This document shows positions 51,275-64,000 of a DNA stretch of 64,000 nt, piece after piece. The notes under the pieces are model-generated. The model was not told where the DNA came from and searched no databases. It saw nothing but the letters and a program-made list of their open reading frames with translations. The stretch is from Oikopleura dioica (lineage: Eukaryota > Animalia > Chordata). Every line of letters begins with the position of its first letter. The stretch's first letter is position 1. The translations under genes were made by a program, and so were the position numbers. The DNA is taken from NCBI GenBank assembly GCA_907165135.1, contig OU015567.1, positions 3,348,001 to 3,412,000 on the forward strand, read 5' to 3'.

Positions 51275-51800
51275 GCACTAGGTGGCCACGTCCGGCCGGG
51301 CAAGGAACAAGCAACTTAATTCGTTCTTGATTCTTTTTTTTTCGCGACAAAGAGGGTGCTAGAGAGCTACGAAAAGAATAAGAGGAAGGTGAAACAAATG
51401 AACAAGGGAAGAAGAAGGATATGCCTATAATTTGCGGAATTCCAGTTTTTAAAAAACTATCATAAAAAACAAATCATTTGAAATACCATTCTTCGAAGAT
51501 TTTTTCATGAAAACTCATGTTTCATCCAAATTTCCATTAATTCTTTAAAATATGAATAAGCTTAAAAATACAAGTGCATCATTCATTATTAATGAAAATA
51601 TGAACCTTTTTTGATATAAAAACAGGGAGATACTAGACATAAAACATGCGCATTTTTTGCATAAGAGACCTTCTATTGCCTCGATTTCCAGCAGGTGGCG
51701 CGCTGGGTCCGCTGGGCGCTCCGCTTGCTCAGGGACTGGCCCTCACTCGCGGACTGGCTGCTTGGTCCCAGCGTCGAGGTGCCCCAGCGCCACCTAGAAG
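51275..51800. promoter_or_regulatory. Cluster of CTCF-like motifs upstream of Irx
   Basis: CCAGCAGGTGGCGC (51688-51701, +), AGCGCCACCTAGAAG (51786-51800, -), GCACTAGGTGGCCA (51275-51288, +); motif match only. Confidence 0.45.
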
Positions 51801-54800
51801 TGAAACTGCGCGGTGGTGTCCCAGCGTATCCTTAGCAATCTGCGCCCCTTGTTAAAACCTCGTACTACATGAGTTCTTGTCCTGCTTGAGCAGATTTATT
51901 TTTTGTAATTTATCGACCAGCCAGACAAGATCAACAACACTTTTTCAAATTGAGACATTTTATAAACACAACAGTGAAAACAGTAGATATCAAATCGTGA
52001 ACCAATCAAAACAGCACCAACAACAACCGGCCGCTCATCAGCCGCCGACTTTTACATACGCCGCTGCAGGATATCCACAGGTGAGAGAGACATGAAAATC
52101 AACATTCATTTCGAATGATAAGAAACTTTTTCTAAGGGTTGAAAACAAGGGTTTTAATGACTGGAAATTGCCGATCATAGAATGAATAAAACGGGTTTCC
52201 TCTTCGGAAAAGATAAAATAATAAGGAGGTCTCTTCGTTATTTGTACGAAAAAACCTCCTTGAAAATTTTTCTTTAACAGACTCACTCCCTTAATAACTT
52301 CGCTTTTTGTTGAAATTTCTGACCAAAAAGTTATAAATAACTTATTGAATAATTAACTGAAGGTAGACCCTTATTTTTCTTCGTTTTATTTGTTTGCATC
52401 CATATTATTTACAGTCTGAGCGCCAAGCACCTATCTACTCAAGGACCCAACCCTCAAGGGGCCAAGAGGAATAGATGTTAATTGATAATTAACAAAGAGT
52501 TTTAAAATTAACAAACTTTTTCGCCTAAACCACAGTAAATTTGTAAATATTTCATGCGCGCTCTGGCCAATTTGAGAATACAAAATTGAGCAACAAGAAA
52601 CAACCGGTCCCAATTTTGAACTAGAATAGAGCCTTTTTTTCAGAGAAAATAATTCAGAAGATAATTTTTATCCTTGTGACACCCTTAAGGTAAAACTGAG
52701 ATAATAGTCTTTTTTTTTTCAAAAAACTAAAAAATTGTCTTTTGAATAATCGAGAAAAAATTCTAGAGTATTACGTTTCAGCTCCAATAACGTTGATGCA
52801 TAAGGGTATCACCGCTCATTTCGGGGCGGCACTCAATCTTGGTCCGCCATTCTTTTCGCTTGACATGGCGAAAAAACATCATCAGTCCAAACAAGGGATT
52901 ATTAAGGACATGTCCATCAATATTTCAACTTCTTGTTTCAAGGCTTCGAACTTGGCAGCTTCTACTTTTTTCTTACCATTGTCAGAAAAAAATCGTGAAA
53001 ATCGGAAAAACATGAAACCACTTGACCGCCCCAAAAAATAGAAAGAAAAAGAAAGGAACTTTTGTGGGAATCGCGTGGAGGGTATCATAATTCACGCGCG
53101 CTTAATTTATTCATTAAGGGTCTACCTCTCCCTATCCACTTACGATCCAGTTTGAACTTACATCTCCCTTATTCAGGGTCTCCCTTCTTTAAGTCAATCT
53201 GTATTTACAGTTTGTTTTACCGATTTCTCTTTCTTTCCCGTCTTTTTTTTTGAGTCAAAAAGTGGGATTTAACGATGAAGAGAGCCGAAAAAAGAAGAGT
53301 ATCGGTTTCCGTAGACTTTGCGTCTTCAAAAATTTCATAAATAATAGCCCATTAGCCCTTGATTTTGCATTTTTTCGGCGGGTAGCGTAAGATCTCCCCT
53401 CTGTGGGATAAATTCCTGCTCTCGCCGAAAAAATCGCTCCCGACAATTAAAAAATGGTTCCTTGACAATTTCGAATCTCGCAGATCGAAATTGTCGAATT
53501 CGCTTTTCAAAAATCTCTGTCGCCCAAAGTCGCCATTTATTAATTCCGGAGTTCAGAAATGGAGCCGCCACGGCGCATATTCGAAATACTCATTCATCAC
53601 ACGAGTACAGCAGAAACGCGCCCGCTTTTCTTTATTTTCTAGAGCTGCGACATGACTTTTTGGCTGCGATTCGCGCGCCGCTCAGAATTAGTTTCAAAAG
53701 TTTCAAATTCATGTAAAGATTCTTAAAAATACGGCTTGTAAACCCTTAATTCAAGAACGCAGTTTTTGACTCAAAAAAACTTTTTGAGTCGAAAAATTTC
53801 TATCCAATTAATTATCTTCTTCGTCTCAATTTGCTGTTGTCATAATTAAACTTATCGAAAAATTCAATCTTAGAATCGATCGGAAATCGCTGCATACCTC
53901 CTTAACCCCAATACATCCTCACAGCCCCTCTGCTCCATTTTTAAGCAAGAAAACTTGGTTCACGTCAAAACATGGCTAATTATAGAGCTTGCTGATGAGA
54001 TAAGCATATCAAATGATTTGATAAAAATCATGTGGTGGTGGGGCAAAAGTGTTTAGTGGGCTGAGAGCGTTTCCACGTTACGACACATTCGGGTCGCGGC
54101 GACACATTTTTGAGGTGACCGGCTGGTGCCGAGAAAAAAACCTCCGAGAGGGACGATCATTCCCAGAGAGAGAGGGAGAACTAGGCGAAAATGGGGTCGA
54201 TAAGTTCTCATAATTACGTATTCATGAATCGTAATTTCCGTCAATTTTCGACCTCGAAATGACTTTTTTTCTGACTTCGCGGCTTTTTCGCGGCTTTTTT
54301 CTGAACATCCCAACACAGCCTTTTTTCCTTTCAGAAGTCATAAAAGAATGGCTAGAATACATGGAGACATATTTTTACTAATAATATTTTGCGTCTTTTT
54401 GCTTCTTATGACACTTTAAAAACCCTCCATCCTTAAATAAGGGTCTCCCCCTTATCCTTCAATTTTGGCCGTGGCCTTCTTTTGCCACGATTTTCTCCAC
54501 TTGTAACAAGTTTGGAACAAGGTCAAAACGGTGCTTTAACACAATTATTCTGAATCTCACACCAGCGATCCCGTCCCAGTTCACTTAGCGGGATATCAAA
54601 GAACCCTAGTTAGCGTCTCAAAACAGCGGTGTTTTGAAATTAACTTGCGCCGCGTAGTGTCCATTTTTCACTTATGCCTACATGTATTTTCAAATGTAAT
54701 TATACATAAAAAGGATCATTTTTGTTTGAAGTAGCGGGAAACGGAAAATAATGAATTGAAAAAAAATTAACAAAAAAAAAATGATTTTGAGAAAAAAGAG

Positions 54801-55274
54801 AAATGAAACTTCGAAGACAAGAAAATCTGTCATCAAGGTTTTTTGCGAAAAAGAAAGAATTTTATCAATAGTTTTTTATTCAAGAGATCCTCCCTTGAAT
54901 GGAACATCCGGGGCGCTAGAATTTAAGAATTTCTTTCTCGGCCGATTTTTGGAGCGCGCTTTCTCCCTGTTAAGGGGGTGCTCCTTAAGATGTGTCACGT
55001 TGAAATTCAGCTCGTGTTCGACACGGATCAGAAGAATGTGGCGCAGGTGAATGTGACAACGCTTTTTGGCATAACCGAACACCAAACACCTCCGATCCGT
55101 TGAGCCTCGACTATGCCAGGCCATCGTGTTAACAGAAATTTTCGACTTGTCTAAGAAAAGGGCCCCCTTTAGACGTTCCATAAATTAAAAGAGGGACATA
55201 CTGGGATGATCAAATAGCTTCAAATTTAAAAAAATGAACGCTTTTCTTTATTTTTCTTAAAATTTTTCTTTAAG

Positions 55275-58200
55275 TCTTCATCTCCACTCGCGATAAAAAG
55301 CGAATCCGATATCGAGCGTCCCGCTGAATACGACTCGGTGGCCCCGTTGGCTTCCGTCTCTGGAGCTGCCCCGACGCTCCATTATCCCGCTTCTTCCCTT
55401 GGCAGCTCGACTTTGATGCCTGGAAGTGCCACGACGATGCTTGCGAGTGCTACTGATTCCGCTTCCGCCACTGCTGCAACTTCACATATGAGCTCGTACG
55501 GTGCTGCCTTGAGTTCGCCAACTGCCGCTGCTGCTGCATACGGTTCTGCAGCTGGCATCGGCGCTTATTCTGGTGCTTATTCTTATGGCTCTTTGGTAAG
55601 TCCGAAAAAACTTTTTTGAGAATGATAATTTATTTTTTAAAAATATAAAAATATTTTGAATCGATGTTTTTCGCGTCTGGTATACGCTAGAAATAATTTG
55701 ATTACGCCTTAAATAATCTACAAGTGTTATTATCAGCGCGAGAACAACTCTCGAAAAGTGTTTACAATTGAAACATTCCGCTGTCTCAATTCGCGTTAAT
55801 TGATTAGCGCCGCGCGAGTGCATCTTCTGATCATTAACATGCGCAAAACACGACGCGGCGATTTGAGTTAGCATGTATAAGTGTATCCGCCAGCTTAGAC
55901 GAGGCATTATGCTTCGCTGAGCGCGGACGGTTTTCTTGTTTAGATAGTCTGTAAGTACCTTATCCGGAGCCAATGTGTGTTAGTCTTAGGGCTAGGGATT
56001 AGATCAGGATAACTAATAAAGAGGATCAAGTCAAGAAGGGGTGTCATTGAGCGGAAAAGGGAAAAGCTGGCCTCGGCAACCTGAGTAGAAAACCTGAGTC
56101 AGGGTCTGAAAGAGCAAAAATGAAAAGCCGCGTAGTGGCTTTTTTGGAAACGAAGCCGCAAAGCGGCTTCGCCAGAATTTTAATATAAGATGGAGTAATA
56201 ATCTTACGATCCGCGGTTTCGTTTTTAAAAAATCCGCTACGCGGCTTTTCATCTTTGCTCTTTCAGACTCTGACTCAGGTTTTCTATTCAGGTTGCCGAG
56301 CACAGGGGAAAAGATAGGCGATTCTTTCGAAGAATTCTAGAGCAATCATTGACAACTTCATTCTAGGGAGCTGGCAGTTCCGATGTCTGGACTGGCGCTG
56401 GCGTCTCTGCTCCAGGTGCTTACGGCTCCGCCGCTACAGCTGGCTACGGCGCGTCTCCATATCCGGGTGCCGAGGCTTACGGATCAGCCTTTGGCGCGCA
56501 ATACCCGTGAGTAAAACACATGTTTTGACATTTTCTGACATTTCCACCCAATAGATACGGCGCATACAACGACATGTCCGACGGTGTCCGGCGCAAGAAT
56601 GCAACGCGCGAGAGCACCAATACGCTCAAAGCCTGGCTCAATGAGCACAAGAAGAATCCTTACCCGACGAAGGGGGAGAAAATCATGTTGGCGATTATTA
56701 CGAAAATGACTCTTACACAGGTAGACTATCAAGAAATGTATCAAAACTCAGCTGTTCTTTTTAGGTTTCCACCTGGTTTGCTAACGCCCGGAGACGATTA
56801 AAAAAGGAGAACAAAATGACTTGGGTCCCGAAAAACCGAGCGACGGATGGAGAAGATGACGAATCAAACGGTCTTGGCGACGAAAATGAAAAGGGTAAGA
56901 CAGAAAGAAAGGTCTTTTGATATCTTTTCGATCGGTTTTTGAGTCATATTTTTTTCGATAAAGAGGTCTAAATTTATCTTTATAAAGCGCCGCTTATTGA
57001 ATTCGAGCGCTGTCCGTTCTATTTTCTCAAAAACGAGAGGATGAGACGCTCGGCGCTCCTATCGTGAGGCTTGACGACAAGTCGGTGGTCAGCCACCTGC
57101 GCTCAGATTTGCTCGAGAAGCCTTGCCGAGCCGCTAATTTCCGCCAAATTGGGTGGGAACTTTGATCACTCAAAATATAGAAAAAAATGAGATAGACATA
57201 GAATTATCTGAAAATATGTTTTCTCGAAATTTTTTACTCAAATTTTGTCGAAAATAATTGCAATTTTTGATTGGTCGAAAAAAATCTCTTTAGTTTTTGA
57301 TTGGTTAAAAGCTTTATTTCAATGAAAAGTTAGTCTTTTTTGGGCCAGTATCGTAATTTGGCTTGAGTAAAGTTTACCTTCACTAAAATTGCCCCAAACT
57401 TCCAAATATTGTCACGCGTGCCTTCCCACATGATCGACTCATAAAAAAATTTTCGCTCACTCGTGACAGCTCTTAACAAACCTCCGTCACACACTTTTTT
57501 CCCTCTTCGCGAATTTCGCATTAGCAATTGGCAATTGTCAATTGTGCTGTTTACAGTAAATAATCCCTCTCCAGGAATGTTTATTCCACATAGAAAAAAC
57601 AGCCCTCTCCTAAGAAAGAGCCCCGCCCTTAGTGAGGAAGTGGGTTAACACGCGTTTTCGCGAATTAGTGGATTCATAAAAATTTTGGGAATTCTGCGCG
57701 GCGCCCAGCGCGGCGGCTTCCGGCATCGCCGTGGGAATTCCACAGCTCCAAACCCAAAACGAATTGTAAAGAGGTTAGTTTGTAGCTGAAATACCTCCCC
57801 AAGCCCAAATCTCCCAGCAAAAATGGAACTGGAAGAAAATGAATGATCCTTTATCAAATTTATTCTTTCGATAAACACTGACTCAAAAAGCGATCTGACT
57901 CAGAAAGGTCTTAAAATTTCTAGTGAGTTTTCTTTCGAATATTTCTCTAACAGGTCTTCTAGATGCCGACAAAGACGATTCCGTCGCATTCTCCCACGAC
58001 AAAGACAGCGAAAAAGTCGAATTCTCCGCAACCGAGCCCTACGAATCCGCTGCTGGACCTGGTGCCCTCTCATCCGATCCCGCCACCACTCCCGTCGGAC
58101 TTGCTCACCCCCACGCAAGTGCTGCTGCTCCCGTTTCCAGCGCCAGCAACCCGTATGCTTCTCCCGTTTCCGGCCTCCAAAGCTGGGTCAACAACCAGTT

Positions 58201-58564
58201 CGCGACAAGCACTCCTACCAGCATCGGCGCCGCTCCAGATGGGCAGGTGAAAACTGAGTCGCCGGGTCAATCAAGTGACAGCAATACGCTAAACACGACT
58301 GGAGAACACTCCCGAAATACACCCGATGCAGTTTCTGGTCTTTCGAGCAGTAGCTACACCGCCTCCAGCGCTACTGCCCAAGGCGGGTTAACTGCCCTCC
58401 ACCATCCATACGCCCTCGGTGCTTATTCCGACCCCTCCTTGGCCAGTTACTACCAGAGCTACTATCCAGTCTCCAGCGCCGCCATGGGAGCAGCCACCGA
58501 CCCCGCTAGTTACTACAGTGCCAGCCACAGTCAAGCCGCAGCAGCCAGCGCCCAGCAGAGCTAG
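55275..58564 (+). CDS. irx: Iroquois-class TALE homeobox protein (5' exons probably upstream, e.g. ~51990-52080)
   Basis: Homeodomain [44 protein letters not shown]|[20 protein letters not shown]; intron 56721-56764; Ala/Ser/Tyr-rich exons 55275-55595 and from ~56369; acidic tract after the HD; last exon 57954-58564. Confidence 0.97.
56072..56300. mobile_element. Full-length MITE (229 bp) in Irx intron
   Basis: Long near-perfect TIR CTCGGCAACCTGAGTAGAAAACCTGAGTCAGGGTCTGAAAGAGCAAAAATGAAAAGCCGCGTAG / CTACGCGGCTTTTCATCTTTGCTCTTTCAGACTCTGACTCAGGTTTTCTATTCAGGTTGCCGAG. Confidence 0.88.
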
Positions 58565-61500
58565 AATTCTTAATTAATCTCTTGATTGAAAAGTCTCTTG
58601 CAAAAAGTCTTCACCACCGCCGCAACACTGCATCATCCATAGATACTGCTCTCCCCACTCAGTGACTGTAATAACACTACTGGTATTTATTTTCAAAAAA
58701 TAAACGATGGCGAAAAAAACGATCGAAAGAACGAACGTTGAAAACACTATTTCTGACTGAATATTTTTATTTTTTTTTCTTTCTGTATATATCAAGTTGT
58801 CCGATCAAAAAAATAAAATTCAATATCAATGTTAAAAACGTCCTCAAAAATATCTTCAAAATTCGTATCGAAAAAGCAGGTATTTTTTATGAAAAATAAG
58901 GGTGTCACTATCTTAAATCATCTCGAAAAGACCCTTTAAGACTCGCTTATCGATGCGCCTCCCCTTAATTTACAGAAAGCGATTCAAATACAAAATACAA
59001 GCAATAGGATAGATCAAATAAGAAATCCACTCAAAAGCACTTATTAACTATTTCAAGTGCATCAAAACTGCAATTTTAATCAATCTAATAATAGCCACTC
59101 AAGTTCTCATTCTCACGTCTTTCTTTGATGAAAAACTCTAGAAATCAATAAGTAAGCTGCATATTTTTTCGCGGCGAAAACGTTTGAAGTGCGCTATTAA
59201 GACGTTTTTCAAGTTTCAGTCGGCTGTGTAAACAAAAATAGTGCTACGTCTTGTCGAAAGTACCAAACAATTGTCGATTGTCGACTGGTGCAATTGTGAC
59301 TTGAGGATTTGAAACGAAAAAACGTAAATATAAACGATGAAAAACACTTAGTAATTCTTGACGATCACGGCTTGCCAGGTTGAAAACGTAAATAAACAAG
59401 CAAGAATCATCAAGTTATCGTATAAAGACATGCTTTTTTTAAGGTTAACGAAGTTTTACTGCCCTCTTTCGCCTTATAGACCCCCGAAAACCATACCTTT
59501 TTAGAATAAGCAGAAAATTTTAAGACCTTTTACGGTTTAAATCCTAGACTAGCGATGACGCGTAGCGTTTGCCCTGTTCTAAGTTGTTATCAAATTAACT
59601 CGAATTCAATCAAGCAAAATTAATATAAAAAACAAATAATTTTAACAAAGTTATTGTTTTCGAAATCTCGAGATTTATTCTTTATATTTGATTGTTGGGA
59701 ATAAACTGTATTTCGCCGTCTTCAATCAAAAAGTCTGGATTGAGCCCGGAAATTCAAGAGTGCTTCTTTGATCCTCCTGTTGAAGAATCACAATCAATTC
59801 GTTTAGCAAAATGTAACTCCGCGAAGAAAGAAGCGTTTCGTCTTGTAATTCGCCCTTGAATAGCGCGCTTTGAAGGTCTAAGGGCGCAATTTAGAAATTT
59901 AATTTCGGAGAATTCCAAAAAGCCAAACCCGCATTTTCTCAGAAAGCGATCCAATCTGGAGACAATCCAAAACACAAAAAGAGAGAGAGAGAACAACTTT
60001 TTATGTGCAAGTTTAACTTCAAAGGACAACGTCTAATTGCCAATTTTTTCGGGTCATGAGAGAAAAAAAGAGTGATTTTTTCATCAGAAATTTCGACTTT
60101 ATCGAGAGATTGAAGCCCTTAATTGTCGATTTCGAGACAAATATTTCGTTTTTTTTTTAATTTTTTCCCCTAATTTAAAATTGCCAATTTCGTATTGAAA
60201 TTCTGCACAAATTTAAGTATAAATGATGAAAGAAAATTTTTGAGTCAAAAAATCAAAAGCGACAGTCCAGCTGGTTGACCACAAGAACATCTCGCATCAA
60301 ACCTCCTCAAGAAAACCCCCTCTCCCGTCCCGTCGTTTTTTCTTTGATCCGCGACCTTGTCAACACTATTTTGGCAACTATCTTGCGCAGTAGATCTCGA
60401 AAAGAAAGAGGGAGAAAAAACAGTCGGTTTACCCAAAACTCAGTGAAAAATAATTAATACTCGCTGAGGCGAATCTCATTGAGCATTTGGCGCGCTCGTA
60501 TTTTGGAAATTGAGTTTAACACTAGAAAACATCATGTATGATAGCTTGTATTGACATTCCGAATTTTCGCTTCGAATTCGAATTCGCTTGGAGTACTTCC
60601 AGGAATTCGAACGGGTCATATGAGATGATTTGGGTTTTCATGGTGTTTTTATTTGAATTCCGAAGAGATCAAAACTTAAGGGGGGGGGTCGACGAGAATT
60701 TTTTCAGGGGTGATCGTAATTTCGCTTATACAGATAGTCTGCATATGAATCTTATATTTTTGGAATCTACAGATTCTCCCAAATCTGTTGAGCCTAAAAT
60801 CATTTGATAAAAATTAGATTTAGGGGGTGAAATGAGTTAAATTGATAAAAAAATGACCTCTTTTGATGTATTTTCGCGAAAATGGCCCTACTTTGAAGGG
60901 ATTTTTGACCGATTTCTTCTGGCCAAAATTTTTTCTAGTTTTCGCCGCCTGATTATTTCAACCCTTTTCTATCCACCAGTAAAATCAGATTTTGCCTTTC
61001 TTATCAGGTTTTCCCGCATTTTCGGTCACAGAAATCCCGATTCTTACTTATCACATTACTTACATTGCTAAATTGCTGAGTGTCTTACTAAAGCCTCATA
61101 CCGATAGGTAATTCAATATTGTAAAAAAGTCCTGATAAAAAGGGTATTACGGTCTCTACGATAAGGATCTTCCCGTCCTTATTTTTAATGAAAAGCTTCC
61201 CATTACATTATCGTCATTATTTCCATTCGCCCCTTCTTGTAAACAACTTTCCGCTCCGTGCCCCCTTATCCCGTCTTTTCTCGTTATATACATTCTTCAT
61301 CTTCACACGTGATCATTCTCAGCGAAGAACATTTTTTTCGCGAAATGTTGTTTCCGCGGCGTGAAATTAACCCGATTTGTATTTCCGCTGGTGCATGTCC
61401 GCGGAAGAACATAAGGTTCTCTCTCGACTAATCGAATCTGTCAAAAAGTTTTCTTCCAGAACTCATCTTCGAGAAAAGGGATGAGGAGGGGATCAACTGG

Positions 61501-64000
61501 ACATGGGTGAAGTGCTAACCGGATTTGTCATGTTTCTGAAGAGAGATTCTAGATTCTAGAGGAGTGGGGAAATTCTGAAATAAGGGCTCCCTTATCCTTA
61601 AAAAATGACTATTTTCGCGAAATAGAATTTTCGTCTCAGAAAATATTTTCAGTGACGCTAGTAGCTGATTAGTGTTATTAGTGGATTCGCGGTAGGTTGA
61701 CAAGTTCTAACTGTTGCTTTGTATTCTCAAAATTGTGATGGATGAAAATAATGAAGCAGCGTTTTCTTTTTCAGCGGCGGCGACTTCAAAGCGGCTCCGA
61801 ATTCGCCCCGCACGAGTACAACTTGTCAAAATCCGATCTACTTCCAAAGGTGAATCAATTCCTTTGTAATTACACTTCTTGATACATTCGTAAAATTAAC
61901 AATAAAGACATGGAAGTGGAAATCGACCGGAAAAATAGGGAAATATTTCGACAAGAAACGGGAATGCGAAAAACTTGAAATAACCGGTTTAAAACTATGA
62001 TATCGGCAAATACTAAACACTGGACATTCCGACTAGAAAACTTGAATATTCACGTTAAGCAAACAAAAAGGAAAATTTTTGGACAGAAAAGGTGGATGAG
62101 TTTTTAACCCGCTTTAGCATGTTCTTTACTCGAGTTAATTCTCAAGTTCGCACGATCGGCTTTTCGGCTGTTACAAATTGCCCAAGTCGGCGCCTGCACT
62201 AGAATTATTCCCTTCCGCTTTTTGACGTAAGTTCGACCTGTCACAAGCACTTTTTTCTCGAAAACCTCGCTGAGAAAAAAAGTTTGTTTTGGGCACTTGA
62301 AAGAAGAATTTTTTTGAAAAAACCATAAAGAAATTTCAATTTTGCAGTATATTTATTTTATCATAAAGAAAACTTTGAAAATAACGATGAACAATCATTA
62401 AGCTGGCAATTCCCTAACGGTTGTCTTTCCATTGAAAATCATTCTTTTTCGGATAACTATCATAAAAGTTAGTTCTGATGAGAAAATACACCAAGAAAAA
62501 AGAAAACGAGGTTGGCTGCAGCTTCCGCCACTCAGGCAAAAAAAACGTAAACGAAAGATCAAAGGCGGCCGCTCATTTTCGAACATGTATAAAATTCTCG
62601 TTGGGATTCTTGTGCGAGAAAAATAGTTTTGTGAAAACGGATCGTTTGGGCTGAGCTGCATGGAAAGTGGACGAGGCGACAGATGAGCGCTGGAATTTCT
62701 TCTTCGAAAAAAGAAGAGAATCATGGAACTGACTTTTTCTCAAATGCAAGAAAGTTTTTGACCGCAAGACGGTGAGAAACAGCAAAATGAGGTAGCCGGT
62801 CAAGGAAATTAGGAAAAGGAATTTCGCTGCGGTCAGGGCCCAAGAGGACGAACATCTTGCGCGAAATTTCTAATTTCCACAAGGGATGCAGCAAAAAGCC
62901 CCTTTTTGGCTGTAAATTTAATTTATCATTTTTGTTCCCATCGAATTTTTTATCGAACAAGGAAAAAAAAGAATATTTTGACTCGAAAAAAATCAAAATC
63001 CAGGAAACGAGGCTGAAAGAAGTAAAAATAATTTTTGGAAGTGATTTTATCGATCAGGGTTTTGATTGGCCGGTAGGTCAAATACAGCAATCTTATTGGT
63101 TGTCCAAAAATGCATTTCCATAAATTGATTTAGTCCGTAAAAAGGGTGTATGGCAGATTTGATCAAAGCCGAATTAAAATTCCAATTTCCAGTCTTCTTT
63201 CATCCCTCTTTCCAAAACATTTCAATTTCTGATGACCCTAATCGCCTTCCAAAATTCAGATGAAATGCATTCCTCTTTGCACCTTTTCGCCAAAACGCGC
63301 GGAAATCAAAGTTTCACCGACCAAAAACAGAAAACAACTGTTGATGCGCTGCGTCTTCCCTCGATTTCAAGGGCCAACTGTGGTTTGAAAATTATCAAAA
63401 AGCGAAAATGTTGTTGTGCTGTTTATATTTTCTGTTTAGTATTTCTGGTCCGAGGAGACGCGGCGCGATCTTAGGCGAAGAGCGGAAGGAAAACGGAACG
63501 AAAGCGCTAGAAATTGGAATCAAGTGGCAAGGCTAGAAATGTAACAGGTTCAATTCAATTCCAGAACACTTTTGAACCGCGCGGCGAATTAAAAAGTCAA
63601 GTATTTAGGGCACTTGAAAAATGGTAGAAAAGACTTAGAAGTTGCGAAATGGGAATTAATGGGGATGATTGTTGTGAACGAAGGCCAGATGGTGGGAATA
63701 AACGCAAATGATTCAAGATTTTTATTGAAAAGAAAAAACATAACAAGTTATTTTTTATATATCAAATGGATTTTTCTTGACTTGAAAGACCGAAGAAATA
63801 ACTAAACGGATAACTAGCGCTGCAATAGATCCTGGTTCAGTACAAAATTATTTTTGAAAATGTTCCGAAGCCCGGTTAGATCACATTTTCAAAAATACTG
63901 TCTCGCCGACTCTGTGCAAAACAAAATATTCTCTAGACCAAATTCATCCACCTTCAAATTTCTCTTTCTAAGCTTTAGTGTGCCTTTCAAGCCTCTCACA

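Noticed and set aside
60670-60700. TTAA-GGGGGGGGG terminus suggesting a Kolobok/piggyBac-type end
   Set aside because: No matching inverted end found in the window

Overview
Eukaryotic, very compact animal genomic DNA with many ~40-60 nt introns and several probable non-GT donors. The gene families and intron style point to the larvacean tunicate Oikopleura (inference, not proven). The first ~44.5 kb is gene-dense. It holds two tandem PLAC8/cornifelin-like genes, a Cys-rich/kelch-like secreted protein, tRNA-Gly(TCC), a ZP-domain membrane protein, two convergent carbohydrate sulfotransferases, coactosin, histone H3.3, a claudin-like gene, an SLC35D nucleotide-sugar transporter, CUB, mucin-like, RING (pseudogene) and C-type-lectin-like genes, and several orphans. 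The last ~19.5 kb is a largely non-coding landscape around an Iroquois (Irx) homeobox gene, with MITEs and candidate regulatory motifs. Two features stand out. (1) A 6.46 kb non-autonomous DNA transposon (10880-17335; 8-bp TSD TGTATATT, TAGGGAT-starting long TIRs, hAT-like) carries an intron-containing RPL12 gene fragment and a bidirectional 56-bp hairpin satellite. (2) A tandem pair of tiny genes (31021-32078) encodes signal peptide-KR-20 aa-GK precursors, i.e. candidate undescribed amidated peptide hormones/neuropeptides. All gene models were spliced by eye, so boundaries are approximate where stated.
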